Below the pieces are notes generated by a model. It saw nothing but the letters and a program-made list of their open reading frames with translations, was not told where the DNA came from and searched no databases. Shown here piece by piece: positions 18,841-26,770 of a stretch of 40,537 nucleotides of DNA (its first letter is position 1; every line of letters starts with the position of its first letter). This DNA comes from an uncultured archaeon. Its GTDB lineage: Archaea; Asgardarchaeota; Thorarchaeia; Thorarchaeales; Thorarchaeaceae. The position numbers and the translations under genes were made by a program. Location: the NCBI GenBank assembly GCA_964564335.1, contig CAZMBV010000002.1, forward strand, positions 1-40,537, written 5' to 3'.

Positions 18841-19530
18841 CTGAGTGACAATCATGAATGGCCTCCAGTCGCAGGAGATTTCCAAGTACGAAACCCCTCA
18901 CACTGTGTTGCTATCTGCACACTTGGGAAACAATTGGATATCTCAGGTGATTTATGTATCTTAGGAACTTGCAAAACAGAAAATATTGGAATAGAGCGAG
19001 TCATAATCAATGTGATTTCAAATCCTTGTATTCGCTTTCTGATACTAACAGGACCAGAGGTCCCTGGTCATCTAACTGGTCGTACTCTTCGCGCGCTTTA
19101 CATGAATGGAGTCAACCCAAAGACTAGAAAAATAGTAGAAGCTGAAGGAGCTATTCCATACATAGAGAATGTTCCTCTAGAAGGAATTGAACGATTCCGA
19201 CAACAGGTCGAACTGATTGAGATGATCAATACTCTCAACGCACAAGAAATAGAAAAAGTGTGTTCAGAGATTGCTAAACGAAATCCTGGCCCTTATGATG
19301 AAGGTGCTATGTGGATTGAATTTAAAGCAGCAAAATCAAGGGATTCTCGACGACCTAAAATAACCTCGGATACAATACTTCTTCCTGAGTATGGAACTAT
19401 CTTCGATTATTTATCATCATTAGTAACAAAATCTGAATCACATTCAATGATTGCTGAGCATCCCTCTCCGATTGTCGTAGAGGTTAGAGAGAGTGATTCA
19501 GGTACACTTCTTGTTGGAAGGGAGGGTTAG
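18841..19530 (+). CDS. mtrA: Soluble MtrA-like corrinoid-binding protein without a C-terminal TM helix; start codon unresolved
   Basis: The track ORF starts at TTG 18934. However, the same frame is open back to the TAG at 18826-18828 and encodes HEWPPVAGDFQVRNPSHCVAICTLG, which is conserved MtrA N-terminal sequence. Further MtrA signatures are GTCKTENIGIERV, LILTGPEVPGHLTG (the corrinoid-ligand His position) and GAIPYIENV. CTG 18841 lies 7 nt after GGAGGT. Confidence 0.75.
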   Translation: MSDNHEWPPVAGDFQVRNPSHCVAICTLGKQLDISGDLCILGTCKTENIGIERVIINVISNPCIRFLILTGPEVPGHLTGRTLRALYMNGVNPKTRKIVEAEGAIPYIENVPLEGIERFRQQVELIEMINTLNAQEIEKVCSEIAKRNPGPYDEGAMWIEFKAAKSRDSRRPKITSDTILLPEYGTIFDYLSSLVTKSESHSMIAEHPSPIVVEVRESDSGTLLVGREG

Positions 19531-19534
19531 CAAA

Positions 19535-20470
19535 TTGTTTGCATTTGAAAAAGAACAACTCATCTATAATATCGGAGGAGTGAAGATAGGTGGCGGTCTT
19601 GGAGAGACCCCAACAGTTCTTGCTGGTACTATTTTCTATGGTGGACATAAAATCGTCGAAGATGTAAAGAAAGGCATATTCGACAAAGTAAAAGCGACTG
19701 AGCTTGTAAATAAACAGGATGAGATGTCAGTAATGACAGGCAATCCTGCACTTGTTCAGATATTCGCAGAAACATCTGAGGCGATGATTCGCTACATTGA
19801 TTTTATCACTGAACTGACAGCCGCTCCATTTCTCATTGATTCAAGTGATGCCGATGTCCGTCTATCGGGATTAAAACATGCAGAAGAGATAGGACTGCTT
19901 GATCAGGCTATCTACAATTCTATCAATGTGTCCATCACAAAAGAAGAACTCAGAGTACTGGGTGAGATTCAACATGAATGCGCACTTGTTCTTGCATTTA
20001 ATCCGCAGGATTCAACAATCGCTGGAAGAAGAGCAGTTCTTGAAACTGGTGTGATGGAATTAGATAAGGGCCTCTTGGAATTATGCAAGGATATTGGTGT
20101 TACAAAACCTCTGTTAGATACAGCTGTAACTGCAATGGGTGCAGGAGCTGGTTCAGCAGCCGCTTTTACTTTCGTATCTAAAACCCTCTATGGATATCCC
20201 ACTGGTTCTGGGGTTCATAACGCTCCTGCTTCGTGGTCGTGGTTACGGAAGTACAAGAAGATTAACAAAGAAGCATTTCAAACTGCTGACATTGCTTCTA
20301 ACCTAATAGTTCAACTTATGGGAGCTGATTTTGTTTTGTATGGCCCCATTGAGAATGCAGACCGAGCTTTTCCTGTTGTCGCAATGGGTGATGCATTTAC
20401 AGCAGAATCTGCATACTTGGAATTTGGAATAGAACCTGGCCCAGATCATCCGTTCAAAAAATTACTGTGA
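19535..20470 (+). CDS. mtrH: MtrH-family pterin methyltransferase, paralog 2
   Basis: The track ORF is 19493-20470. The likely start is TTG 19535 (GGAGGG 8 nt upstream, 4 nt after the mtrA-like stop), which gives (M)FAFEKEQLIYNIGGVKIGGGLGETPTVLAGTIFY, colinear with paralog 1 and with canonical MtrH. Confidence 0.8.
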   Translation: MFAFEKEQLIYNIGGVKIGGGLGETPTVLAGTIFYGGHKIVEDVKKGIFDKVKATELVNKQDEMSVMTGNPALVQIFAETSEAMIRYIDFITELTAAPFLIDSSDADVRLSGLKHAEEIGLLDQAIYNSINVSITKEELRVLGEIQHECALVLAFNPQDSTIAGRRAVLETGVMELDKGLLELCKDIGVTKPLLDTAVTAMGAGAGSAAAFTFVSKTLYGYPTGSGVHNAPASWSWLRKYKKINKEAFQTADIASNLIVQLMGADFVLYGPIENADRAFPVVAMGDAFTAESAYLEFGIEPGPDHPFKKLL

Positions 20471-21870
20471 TGGTGACAATAAGTTTGCAACGAGTTTTGA
20501 GACCAAAATCGATTGGACTGTCCTCTCTTCGCATTGGTCCGTTTTACACTGTTGCATCAGTTGAACTTGGAAATACCACTACTAAAGCTATTATAGTTAC
20601 AACAAATCTAAAGACCGCTGAAATCTTCGAGATTGAAAAAGAAGTTCGCATGACGCGGGATGTTAGACCTCCAAAAGCAGGTGAGGAAATATTCGGTGAA
20701 ACAGTCTTTGGTGTAGCGTTAACCAAGGAATCGGTTGCTGAGATGATTTCAAGCATTCTTACTTCGGTTCTTTCAAAATCCAATCTTAGCATTGATAGAG
20801 ACCTACATTTTGTTGTTCGGTCTACCGGAGTGACAGCTGGATTCGCCAGTCCTGAGGAAGTTGGATCGATTGTCAAAGCTCTTGCAGATGGTTGTCTTCA
20901 AGCAGGTATTCCACCACGAAAAATGACTTCTGCCATGACTCCTGAACAACTCCCTCCGGGATTACGTGATTTTACATGGTTGAAGAAGGTCTACTTCGAT
21001 GGAGCAATTGCATCATCACTACCTCCATCAAACACAGAAATCGTGGCGAATGAGATGGAAGGCGAACTTGTCACAGCGGGACTTAAAGGAGCAGTGAAGG
21101 GAACTGCAATTGACTTCAGAAACCCTGTGATGACGCTTGACTTTGGAACTACGCTTGCTGGGAGAATCACTGATTCAGGTATGCCATATGCCAAAACAAT
21201 TGGTTCCTTTGCCGGTCTTGCAGGCGCCATTCCTGATGCTATTATTCGTGGTGCTGGTCTTGCTCAATCTGGCACAGGTTGTGTTCTAGATATACCTCAA
21301 TCCAAAGCGCGTGTACGTGTTGAGATCAACCCGGTGGACATATTCGAAGCGCATGATTTGATTAGTATTGAGCGTGTACCAGAATCAGCTTCTCGTTATG
21401 GAACGGTTCCTGTCAATCCGCAGGCAGCAAATGAATCTAATGTAGTATTGATAGGTGTGGATGCAGACCTGACAAAGTTGGAAAATTATGGCAAGATATT
21501 CTCTGAAGGATATAATGTGGACTATGTGCATGAAGTCATTGATGGAATTCAAGCTGGCATAGTTGAGCGTATTCTTAAGGTGGCTGAATCTGAGAATTTG
21601 ATTCTCAAAGAGACCTCCCTCGGTCTGACCGGGCGTGCAATCACGACAGGTCGAAAACCTGAGCTTATAGCAAAATACTTGAAAACGAGTTTCGGAGAAC
21701 TCTGGACTGACCATCATCAACTTGTATTTGTCGAAGATGGACTTGCTATGGGTGCAGCTGTTGCAGCAAGATGTATGAATTCGATGGGTACCACAAGACA
21801 TCCAATGGGTGGTAGAAAGGGCGACCGATGTATAATGGCTGAAAGGATGAAGCTACAAGAAAGAAAGTAA
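20467..21870 (+). CDS. ASKHA-fold (actin/Hsp70/sugar-kinase-like) ATPase-like protein; possible corrinoid-protein activase/reactivase
   Basis: GTGA overlap with the mtrH-2 stop. A phosphate-1-like VELGNTTTKAI sits near the N-terminus. A second glycine-rich loop (LDFGTTLAGRI) and a C-terminal LTGRA...VEDGLAMGAAV are also present. The function is inferred from context only. Confidence 0.45.
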   Translation: MMVTISLQRVLRPKSIGLSSLRIGPFYTVASVELGNTTTKAIIVTTNLKTAEIFEIEKEVRMTRDVRPPKAGEEIFGETVFGVALTKESVAEMISSILTSVLSKSNLSIDRDLHFVVRSTGVTAGFASPEEVGSIVKALADGCLQAGIPPRKMTSAMTPEQLPPGLRDFTWLKKVYFDGAIASSLPPSNTEIVANEMEGELVTAGLKGAVKGTAIDFRNPVMTLDFGTTLAGRITDSGMPYAKTIGSFAGLAGAIPDAIIRGAGLAQSGTGCVLDIPQSKARVRVEINPVDIFEAHDLISIERVPESASRYGTVPVNPQAANESNVVLIGVDADLTKLENYGKIFSEGYNVDYVHEVIDGIQAGIVERILKVAESENLILKETSLGLTGRAITTGRKPELIAKYLKTSFGELWTDHHQLVFVEDGLAMGAAVAARCMNSMGTTRHPMGGRKGDRCIMAERMKLQERK

Positions 21871-21876
21871 GAAGCC

Positions 21877-21884
21877 TTTATTTT
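21877..21884 (+). terminator. Short T-tract (TTTATTTT) after the ASKHA gene; weak terminator candidate
   Basis: Lies 7 nt after the TAA at 21868-21870. It is the only T-run in the 46-nt gap before cofE. Confidence 0.2.
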
Positions 21885-21916
21885 GGAATCACATCTGTTT
21901 TGCATGGGTTTCCATT

Positions 21917-22696
21917 ATGCAAGTCTTTCCTATTAAAACTCGAATTATTCGTCAAGATGACAACATAGTAGATGTACTACTAGAAAGTCTAGAAACACTG
22001 GGAATTACTCTTCTGGATAATGATATCATCACGATGGCAGAAACCCCTCTTGGAACTACTGAGGGTCAAGTGGTAAAACTCTCTGAGGTTGAGGTGTCCG
22101 ATAAAGCCAAGGCTCTTGGAGAAAAATACGAGATACTTTCTGAAGTTGCGGAACTGATACTCCAAGAGGCTGATGAGATTCTTGGAGGAATTCCTCGTGT
22201 TGTTCTTACAATCAAGAATAATACACTCATGGCAAATGCTGGTGTAGACAAATCCAATGTTCCTCCTGGTTATGCTTCTCTCTTACCTGTTGATTCTCGT
22301 GCCAGCGCTGACCATATACGTTTGGAAATCAAGGAGAAAACAGGAAAATCTGTTGGTGTAATGGTGATAGATAGTAGAACGCAACCACTTCGATTAGGAA
22401 ATATTGGAATGGCATTAGGAGTTGCAGGATTCCGACCTGTTGCTGATGATCGCGGGCGACATGATCTCTTTGGAAATGAGCTGCGAATAACTAGGAGAGC
22501 AATTGCGGATAATCTTGCCTCTGCTTGTACTGCAGTAATGGGTGAATCTGATGAGTCTGTTCCAATTGCACTAATTCGAGATGCACCTGTGGACTTTGTT
22601 GATCAATCATTTGATTCATCCGAGATGTGGATGCCTCCAGACGAATGTATGTACATGGCAATCTTTGATCAGTGGCGAAGAGATGCCTCGAAATAA
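21917..22696 (+). CDS. cofE: Coenzyme F420:L-glutamate ligase (F420-0 gamma-glutamyl ligase)
   Basis: 259-aa ORF colinear with archaeal CofE: MQVFPIKT..., TLMANAGVDKSNVP, GVMVIDSRTQPLRLGNIGMALGVAGF, GRHDLFGNELRIT and VMGESDESVPIALIRD. Confidence 0.8.
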   Translation: MQVFPIKTRIIRQDDNIVDVLLESLETLGITLLDNDIITMAETPLGTTEGQVVKLSEVEVSDKAKALGEKYEILSEVAELILQEADEILGGIPRVVLTIKNNTLMANAGVDKSNVPPGYASLLPVDSRASADHIRLEIKEKTGKSVGVMVIDSRTQPLRLGNIGMALGVAGFRPVADDRGRHDLFGNELRITRRAIADNLASACTAVMGESDESVPIALIRDAPVDFVDQSFDSSEMWMPPDECMYMAIFDQWRRDASK

Positions 22697-22765
22697 TCAA
22701 AGAAGATATTCAAACTGGTAATTTAGTTAGTATGGCCCACACGAAATAGTAGTGCCGACACATTA

Positions 22766-24235
22766 GTGTTTCAAGTATCTATCAAAGAAAGAAAGAAAAG
22801 GACCATCGCGAACCAAAGCACACTCGGTGGAGTATGCGCAGGAGCAATTACGGACTTGGCAAAGAAACGTGTCTTAATCGATGTAGCAACAGCAGGTGCA
22901 TCAGGAGACATGTTCTTATCTGCCCTTACAGACCTCATTGGAGAAGCAGATGTCCTATTACCTGTAGCCGCGAGTCTGCTGATTTATGATCCATCATTTC
23001 GACTTGCTATTGGTACAAAGGAGCATTCAGGGAACACTGGTCGGGTTCTTCAAATTACTCACAATCCCACTATACGATTAAGTCCTAATTCTATGATGGA
23101 AGTCCTGCAAGCTGTTGCAGAAGAAGTAGAGCTATCACCGAAGGCAAAGACCTTCGTTAACGACACGATGACTGTAATACTTCAGGCTGAGAGTAGAGCT
23201 CATAACAAACCAATTGATGAGTTGCATCTCCATGAAACAGGAAGCATCGATACTGTTCTTGATATCGTTGGTACCGCATATTTACTAGAACGAGCTGGCC
23301 TGTTTGAAGATACTGAGATAGTATCTACACGAGTCGCTACTGGAAGTGGAATCATCTCCACTGAACATGGTGATCTTGAAGTTCCTGTACCAGCTGTTGC
23401 TGAAATTATTGTAGTTCATGATATGCTGTTCCATAACGGTGAAGCTGAAACTGAAGTTCTCACTCCTACAGGTGCAGCTATTCTTGCAGTTCTTGCATCA
23501 GAGTATGTTGACTCAGTTGACGATTTTGTAGCTCGAAATCAAGGAATCGGTTTTGGGACGCGAAACCTTGGCGAAGTTCCTAATATGATGAAGATAATTG
23601 TGGGCGAAGTTATTGTTCCAGAGATAACGGAACAAGAAAAATCTCCAAAGGAAGAACTCAAGAAGAAGGAACCTAAAGTCGAACCCAAAGATGAAACCAA
23701 AGTTGAGGAAACACCAATCACCACTACAAAATCAAAAACCGAGGAGCGAATAGACGTGCTTGATGAGTGGAATTCAGACGAAGTAATTGTTATTGAAACA
23801 AATGTTGATGATGTTGAAGGGGAAACTCTAGGAACCCTATTCGATACTTTGCTCGGAGAAGGCTTAGCCTATGATGTAGTCATTATTCCTGCGTTTGGTA
23901 AGAAAAATCGACCATGTCATATCGTAAAAGTCATAGCTCCTAAGACTGGATTGAAGAGCATAGCAGAAATCATGATTCGCCAACTAGGTACTATTGGTAT
24001 TCGCTACACTACTTGGGAGCGACTAAAGGCTGCCCGTGAGACCCTTGTCTGTTCTCTTGAGATAGATAATAAGGAATACATGGTCCGTGTGAAGGTTTCA
24101 AGAACAAGAGACGGAAGTATACTCAGCATCAAGCCTGAATCTGATGATATTGTTCGAGTATCCCGAGAAACTGGCATTCCCATTCGTGAACTCAAACCTA
24201 GGATTGCGATGCAGGCACATGCAGTTAATGAGTAG
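22766..24235 (+). CDS. larC: LarC-family (DUF111) nickel-insertion protein with a Lys/Glu-rich internal linker
   Basis: AGASGDMFLSALTDL and LHLHETGSIDTVLDIVG are the LarC N-domain signatures. A C-terminal domain follows the linker EITEQEKSPKEELKKKEPKVEPKDETKVEE. The more likely start is TTG 22856 (AGGAG 9 nt upstream), giving (M)AKKRVLIDVATAGASGDM. Confidence 0.75.
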   Translation: MFQVSIKERKKRTIANQSTLGGVCAGAITDLAKKRVLIDVATAGASGDMFLSALTDLIGEADVLLPVAASLLIYDPSFRLAIGTKEHSGNTGRVLQITHNPTIRLSPNSMMEVLQAVAEEVELSPKAKTFVNDTMTVILQAESRAHNKPIDELHLHETGSIDTVLDIVGTAYLLERAGLFEDTEIVSTRVATGSGIISTEHGDLEVPVPAVAEIIVVHDMLFHNGEAETEVLTPTGAAILAVLASEYVDSVDDFVARNQGIGFGTRNLGEVPNMMKIIVGEVIVPEITEQEKSPKEELKKKEPKVEPKDETKVEETPITTTKSKTEERIDVLDEWNSDEVIVIETNVDDVEGETLGTLFDTLLGEGLAYDVVIIPAFGKKNRPCHIVKVIAPKTGLKSIAEIMIRQLGTIGIRYTTWERLKAARETLVCSLEIDNKEYMVRVKVSRTRDGSILSIKPESDDIVRVSRETGIPIRELKPRIAMQAHAVNE

Positions 24236-26495
24236 ACAGTAGTAACTGAGTAGGATCTCTATCTTTTAATGGAGCAAGATATTGAACTGGTATTAGATTT
24301 TCAAAGGCACGTTCACAGAGTTCTGCGTATGCTTCAGAATCGTATCTTGTGGAGTTGTCAAATAGCTCTAGAGCTCGCACCCTTCGAATCGGATTGTCTG
24401 CACCCGCATCAACCATGACGTATCTGACCTTTTGTCCTGCGTGAAGTTCCTTCCCTGCTTTGACAAGTTGCCGAGCTACAATTGCAGCTCTGGATGTCGC
24501 ACGATACTCATCAGGCTCCCTTGTTAAGGTGTTGTTCAGAATGAGGTCTCGGAGGGCCACATCATTATCGTGAAGTCGTTCGATGTAACTCCGACAGACT
24601 GCATAGGCATCTGGTATACGCTCTAGAAAACCCGCCTTATCATTGGCATGTGCAAGAGTTTTGATCATTGACATTTGACAGTCTCCAACATAGAGACAGG
24701 TATCACGACGTCGGGTCTCGATTCCACGCGTTTTGATACCGCCATTCCTGTATACACCATAGTATCGATTTAGAGGAGCGATAGATGGATGAAGCCGTGA
24801 TGATGGAATGACCATCCATTTGTAGATGCCTTTTGGTGCCATTGAAATATCGACTTCTTTGGTTACACGTCTGCAGAATTCCTCAACATTTTCGTGACAG
24901 ATATCTCCCTTCAGCCATACAGAGTCAACAATACCATGAATCATCTCTAGACCCATTTCTTCCCCAATGTCCTGCGTCTTGAGCATGACCTCTCTGGCGA
25001 GAGCTGTGACTGCAGTATGTGCTTCGACTCTTCCAAACTTTGCGTTCTTGAAGCCAAGGTACCCAAAACAAGAAACCAGAACGCCCTTCAGAGTATTCTG
25101 GATGAATTCATACTTCTTTGCCTCGTTACCTTCTTCAATCAGTCTTTTGAAACCCTTTCTTCTATTGACCAACATCTCCAATGACTGTGATACTATGCCT
25201 CTCTTTCGAGTACATAGTTTGAAATTAAGTTCGGGAACCTGAATGCAATACTCTTTACCATAGGAACAGTCTGTCCTTGTACAGATAGTTTCAGGACTAA
25301 TATTTCGAGTGACCATGAGTGTAGGATACATCGATGAGAAATCGCACTCTGCAATGTCCTCGTAGATATCTGGCTTTGGCTGAAGTATCAGACCCCCTCT
25401 ATCTATAGCCGCCAGTTCATTGATTGATTTGAGGAACTCAGGATTCTTCTTCACTGGTGGGATTAAAATATCCATCTTGAATGCGTTGTAGAACTGAACT
25501 GCAGCATTCACTGAACCAATCGTCATTCGAGAAACTCTTTGCGGTCTTCCAAGCGCGAGTCTGCAGCTCTCTGCAACCCCCTCAAGTCCTACTGGTGAAT
25601 AGAAGTGCATACCAGTCTTTCCTCTATCGATGTGGATTCTTCCGTTCAAAATAACTTGAGTTCCCGATTTGTATACGATTCGATTGTATTGCCAGAATGA
25701 CTGTGGTGTTCCCTGCATGACCTTCAGGGGCTTCCCATCCCGTGAGAGAATAAGGTCCATTCCATTTACCTTAGCTCGAATGCTAAGATATCTGAAAAGT
25801 TGTTCATCCCCGCCTCTACTGACTATTACGTCGGGGTCAATTTTGTTGATGGTTTCTTGAAACTGCCTGAGAATCTCTCCCTCATCCTCATCTTCAATCA
25901 GGATAGTCCGCTCCTTGTGATAGACCTCGATGTGATGTATTCTATCTTCCATACCCGGAAATATCTCGTCTGTATCTATGAGTACTTCAAAGTCCATCTT
26001 CTCGAATTCAGGAAGGTCGTATTCTGGGTTGTCACGGTCATCAAGACATTCGATATGTACGATCTCATCGCCACGTGTCTCAAACTCGACATTTCCAAAG
26101 GCGAACATGTTCTTCGCTATGAAGAGTTGTTGCACTGCATCAATATCTCCATGAAACACAGTAGCCCCTGGTAGTTTCTCTAGGTCTACTGCTACCTCTC
26201 TCTGTGCCTCTGGTGTTGTGAGAACCTCAAGGACCGGCGTCTTTTCATCATCATACACGCTGACAAATTTATGCACTATCTTCGAGTCAATAATCTTAGG
26301 ATGCTCAAGGACCGACCTGATGACCTCTGAGTCACTCCAGTCACCACTTCGAATCATATCCGTGCTGACGAATATCGAAGGATGGAATCCGCGATAGGTA
26401 TATCCTCTAGTTTCCCCATCATGTTTGATCCACAGGGTCAATGCTTCTTTCTCATAGTCGATATTCGCATCTAAGAGCCAGCCTGTCTTGCTCAT
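24225..26495 (-). CDS. polB: Family B DNA polymerase paralog with a degenerate motif C
   Basis: 756-aa ORF. Motif A is CDFSSMYPTLM (complement of 25314-25349). A motif-B-like LKGVLVSCFGYLGF and TRGIETRRRD are present. Motif C reads MIHGIVDSVWL (complement of 24912-24944) instead of Y-x-D-T-D-S/G. Confidence 0.8.
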   Translation of the reverse strand: MSKTGWLLDANIDYEKEALTLWIKHDGETRGYTYRGFHPSIFVSTDMIRSGDWSDSEVIRSVLEHPKIIDSKIVHKFVSVYDDEKTPVLEVLTTPEAQREVAVDLEKLPGATVFHGDIDAVQQLFIAKNMFAFGNVEFETRGDEIVHIECLDDRDNPEYDLPEFEKMDFEVLIDTDEIFPGMEDRIHHIEVYHKERTILIEDEDEGEILRQFQETINKIDPDVIVSRGGDEQLFRYLSIRAKVNGMDLILSRDGKPLKVMQGTPQSFWQYNRIVYKSGTQVILNGRIHIDRGKTGMHFYSPVGLEGVAESCRLALGRPQRVSRMTIGSVNAAVQFYNAFKMDILIPPVKKNPEFLKSINELAAIDRGGLILQPKPDIYEDIAECDFSSMYPTLMVTRNISPETICTRTDCSYGKEYCIQVPELNFKLCTRKRGIVSQSLEMLVNRRKGFKRLIEEGNEAKKYEFIQNTLKGVLVSCFGYLGFKNAKFGRVEAHTAVTALAREVMLKTQDIGEEMGLEMIHGIVDSVWLKGDICHENVEEFCRRVTKEVDISMAPKGIYKWMVIPSSRLHPSIAPLNRYYGVYRNGGIKTRGIETRRRDTCLYVGDCQMSMIKTLAHANDKAGFLERIPDAYAVCRSYIERLHDNDVALRDLILNNTLTREPDEYRATSRAAIVARQLVKAGKELHAGQKVRYVMVDAGADNPIRRVRALELFDNSTRYDSEAYAELCERAFENLIPVQYLAPLKDRDPTQLLLSTH

Positions 26496-26770
26496 CAGGG
26501 AGTGGTCTCCTCAAGTCGTTGTTCCAAAGCCTCCACCCTCTTTACAATATCGTCAAGTTCTCCTAACATCTCAAGGACTGCTGATAGTAGGATTACCTCT
26601 ACAATACGTGGAGTCACAATCATTGTACCTGCGTCTGCATACCCTCTTGCAGAGTCGAAAATGTGGTCAAATCGTTCTCTCTGGGATGGTCTCAGTGTTC
26701 GCCGGAACTCTTTCCAGCGTGTTTCTTCGATTCTGATACCATCTCTAAATGTTCGGACTGTACGTCCCAC
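26495..26770 (-). CDS. Hypothetical 91-aa protein with a C-terminal coiled-coil-like helix, translationally coupled to polB
   Basis: Its TGA overlaps the polB ATG (TGATG, sharing base 26495). Two plus-strand ORFs overlap it, but only this one has operon logic. Sequence is MGRTVRTFRDGIRIEETRWKEFRRTL...LGELDDIVKRVEALEQRLEE. Confidence 0.55.
   Translation of the reverse strand: MGRTVRTFRDGIRIEETRWKEFRRTLRPSQRERFDHIFDSARGYADAGTMIVTPRIVEVILLSAVLEMLGELDDIVKRVEALEQRLEETTP

Noticed and set aside
23620-23760. The LarC Lys/Glu-rich linker as a possible frameshift or split-gene junction, since some bacterial larC genes are expressed from two frames
   Set aside because: The reading frame is continuous with no stop or slippery run needed. 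The segment looks like a simple disordered linker.
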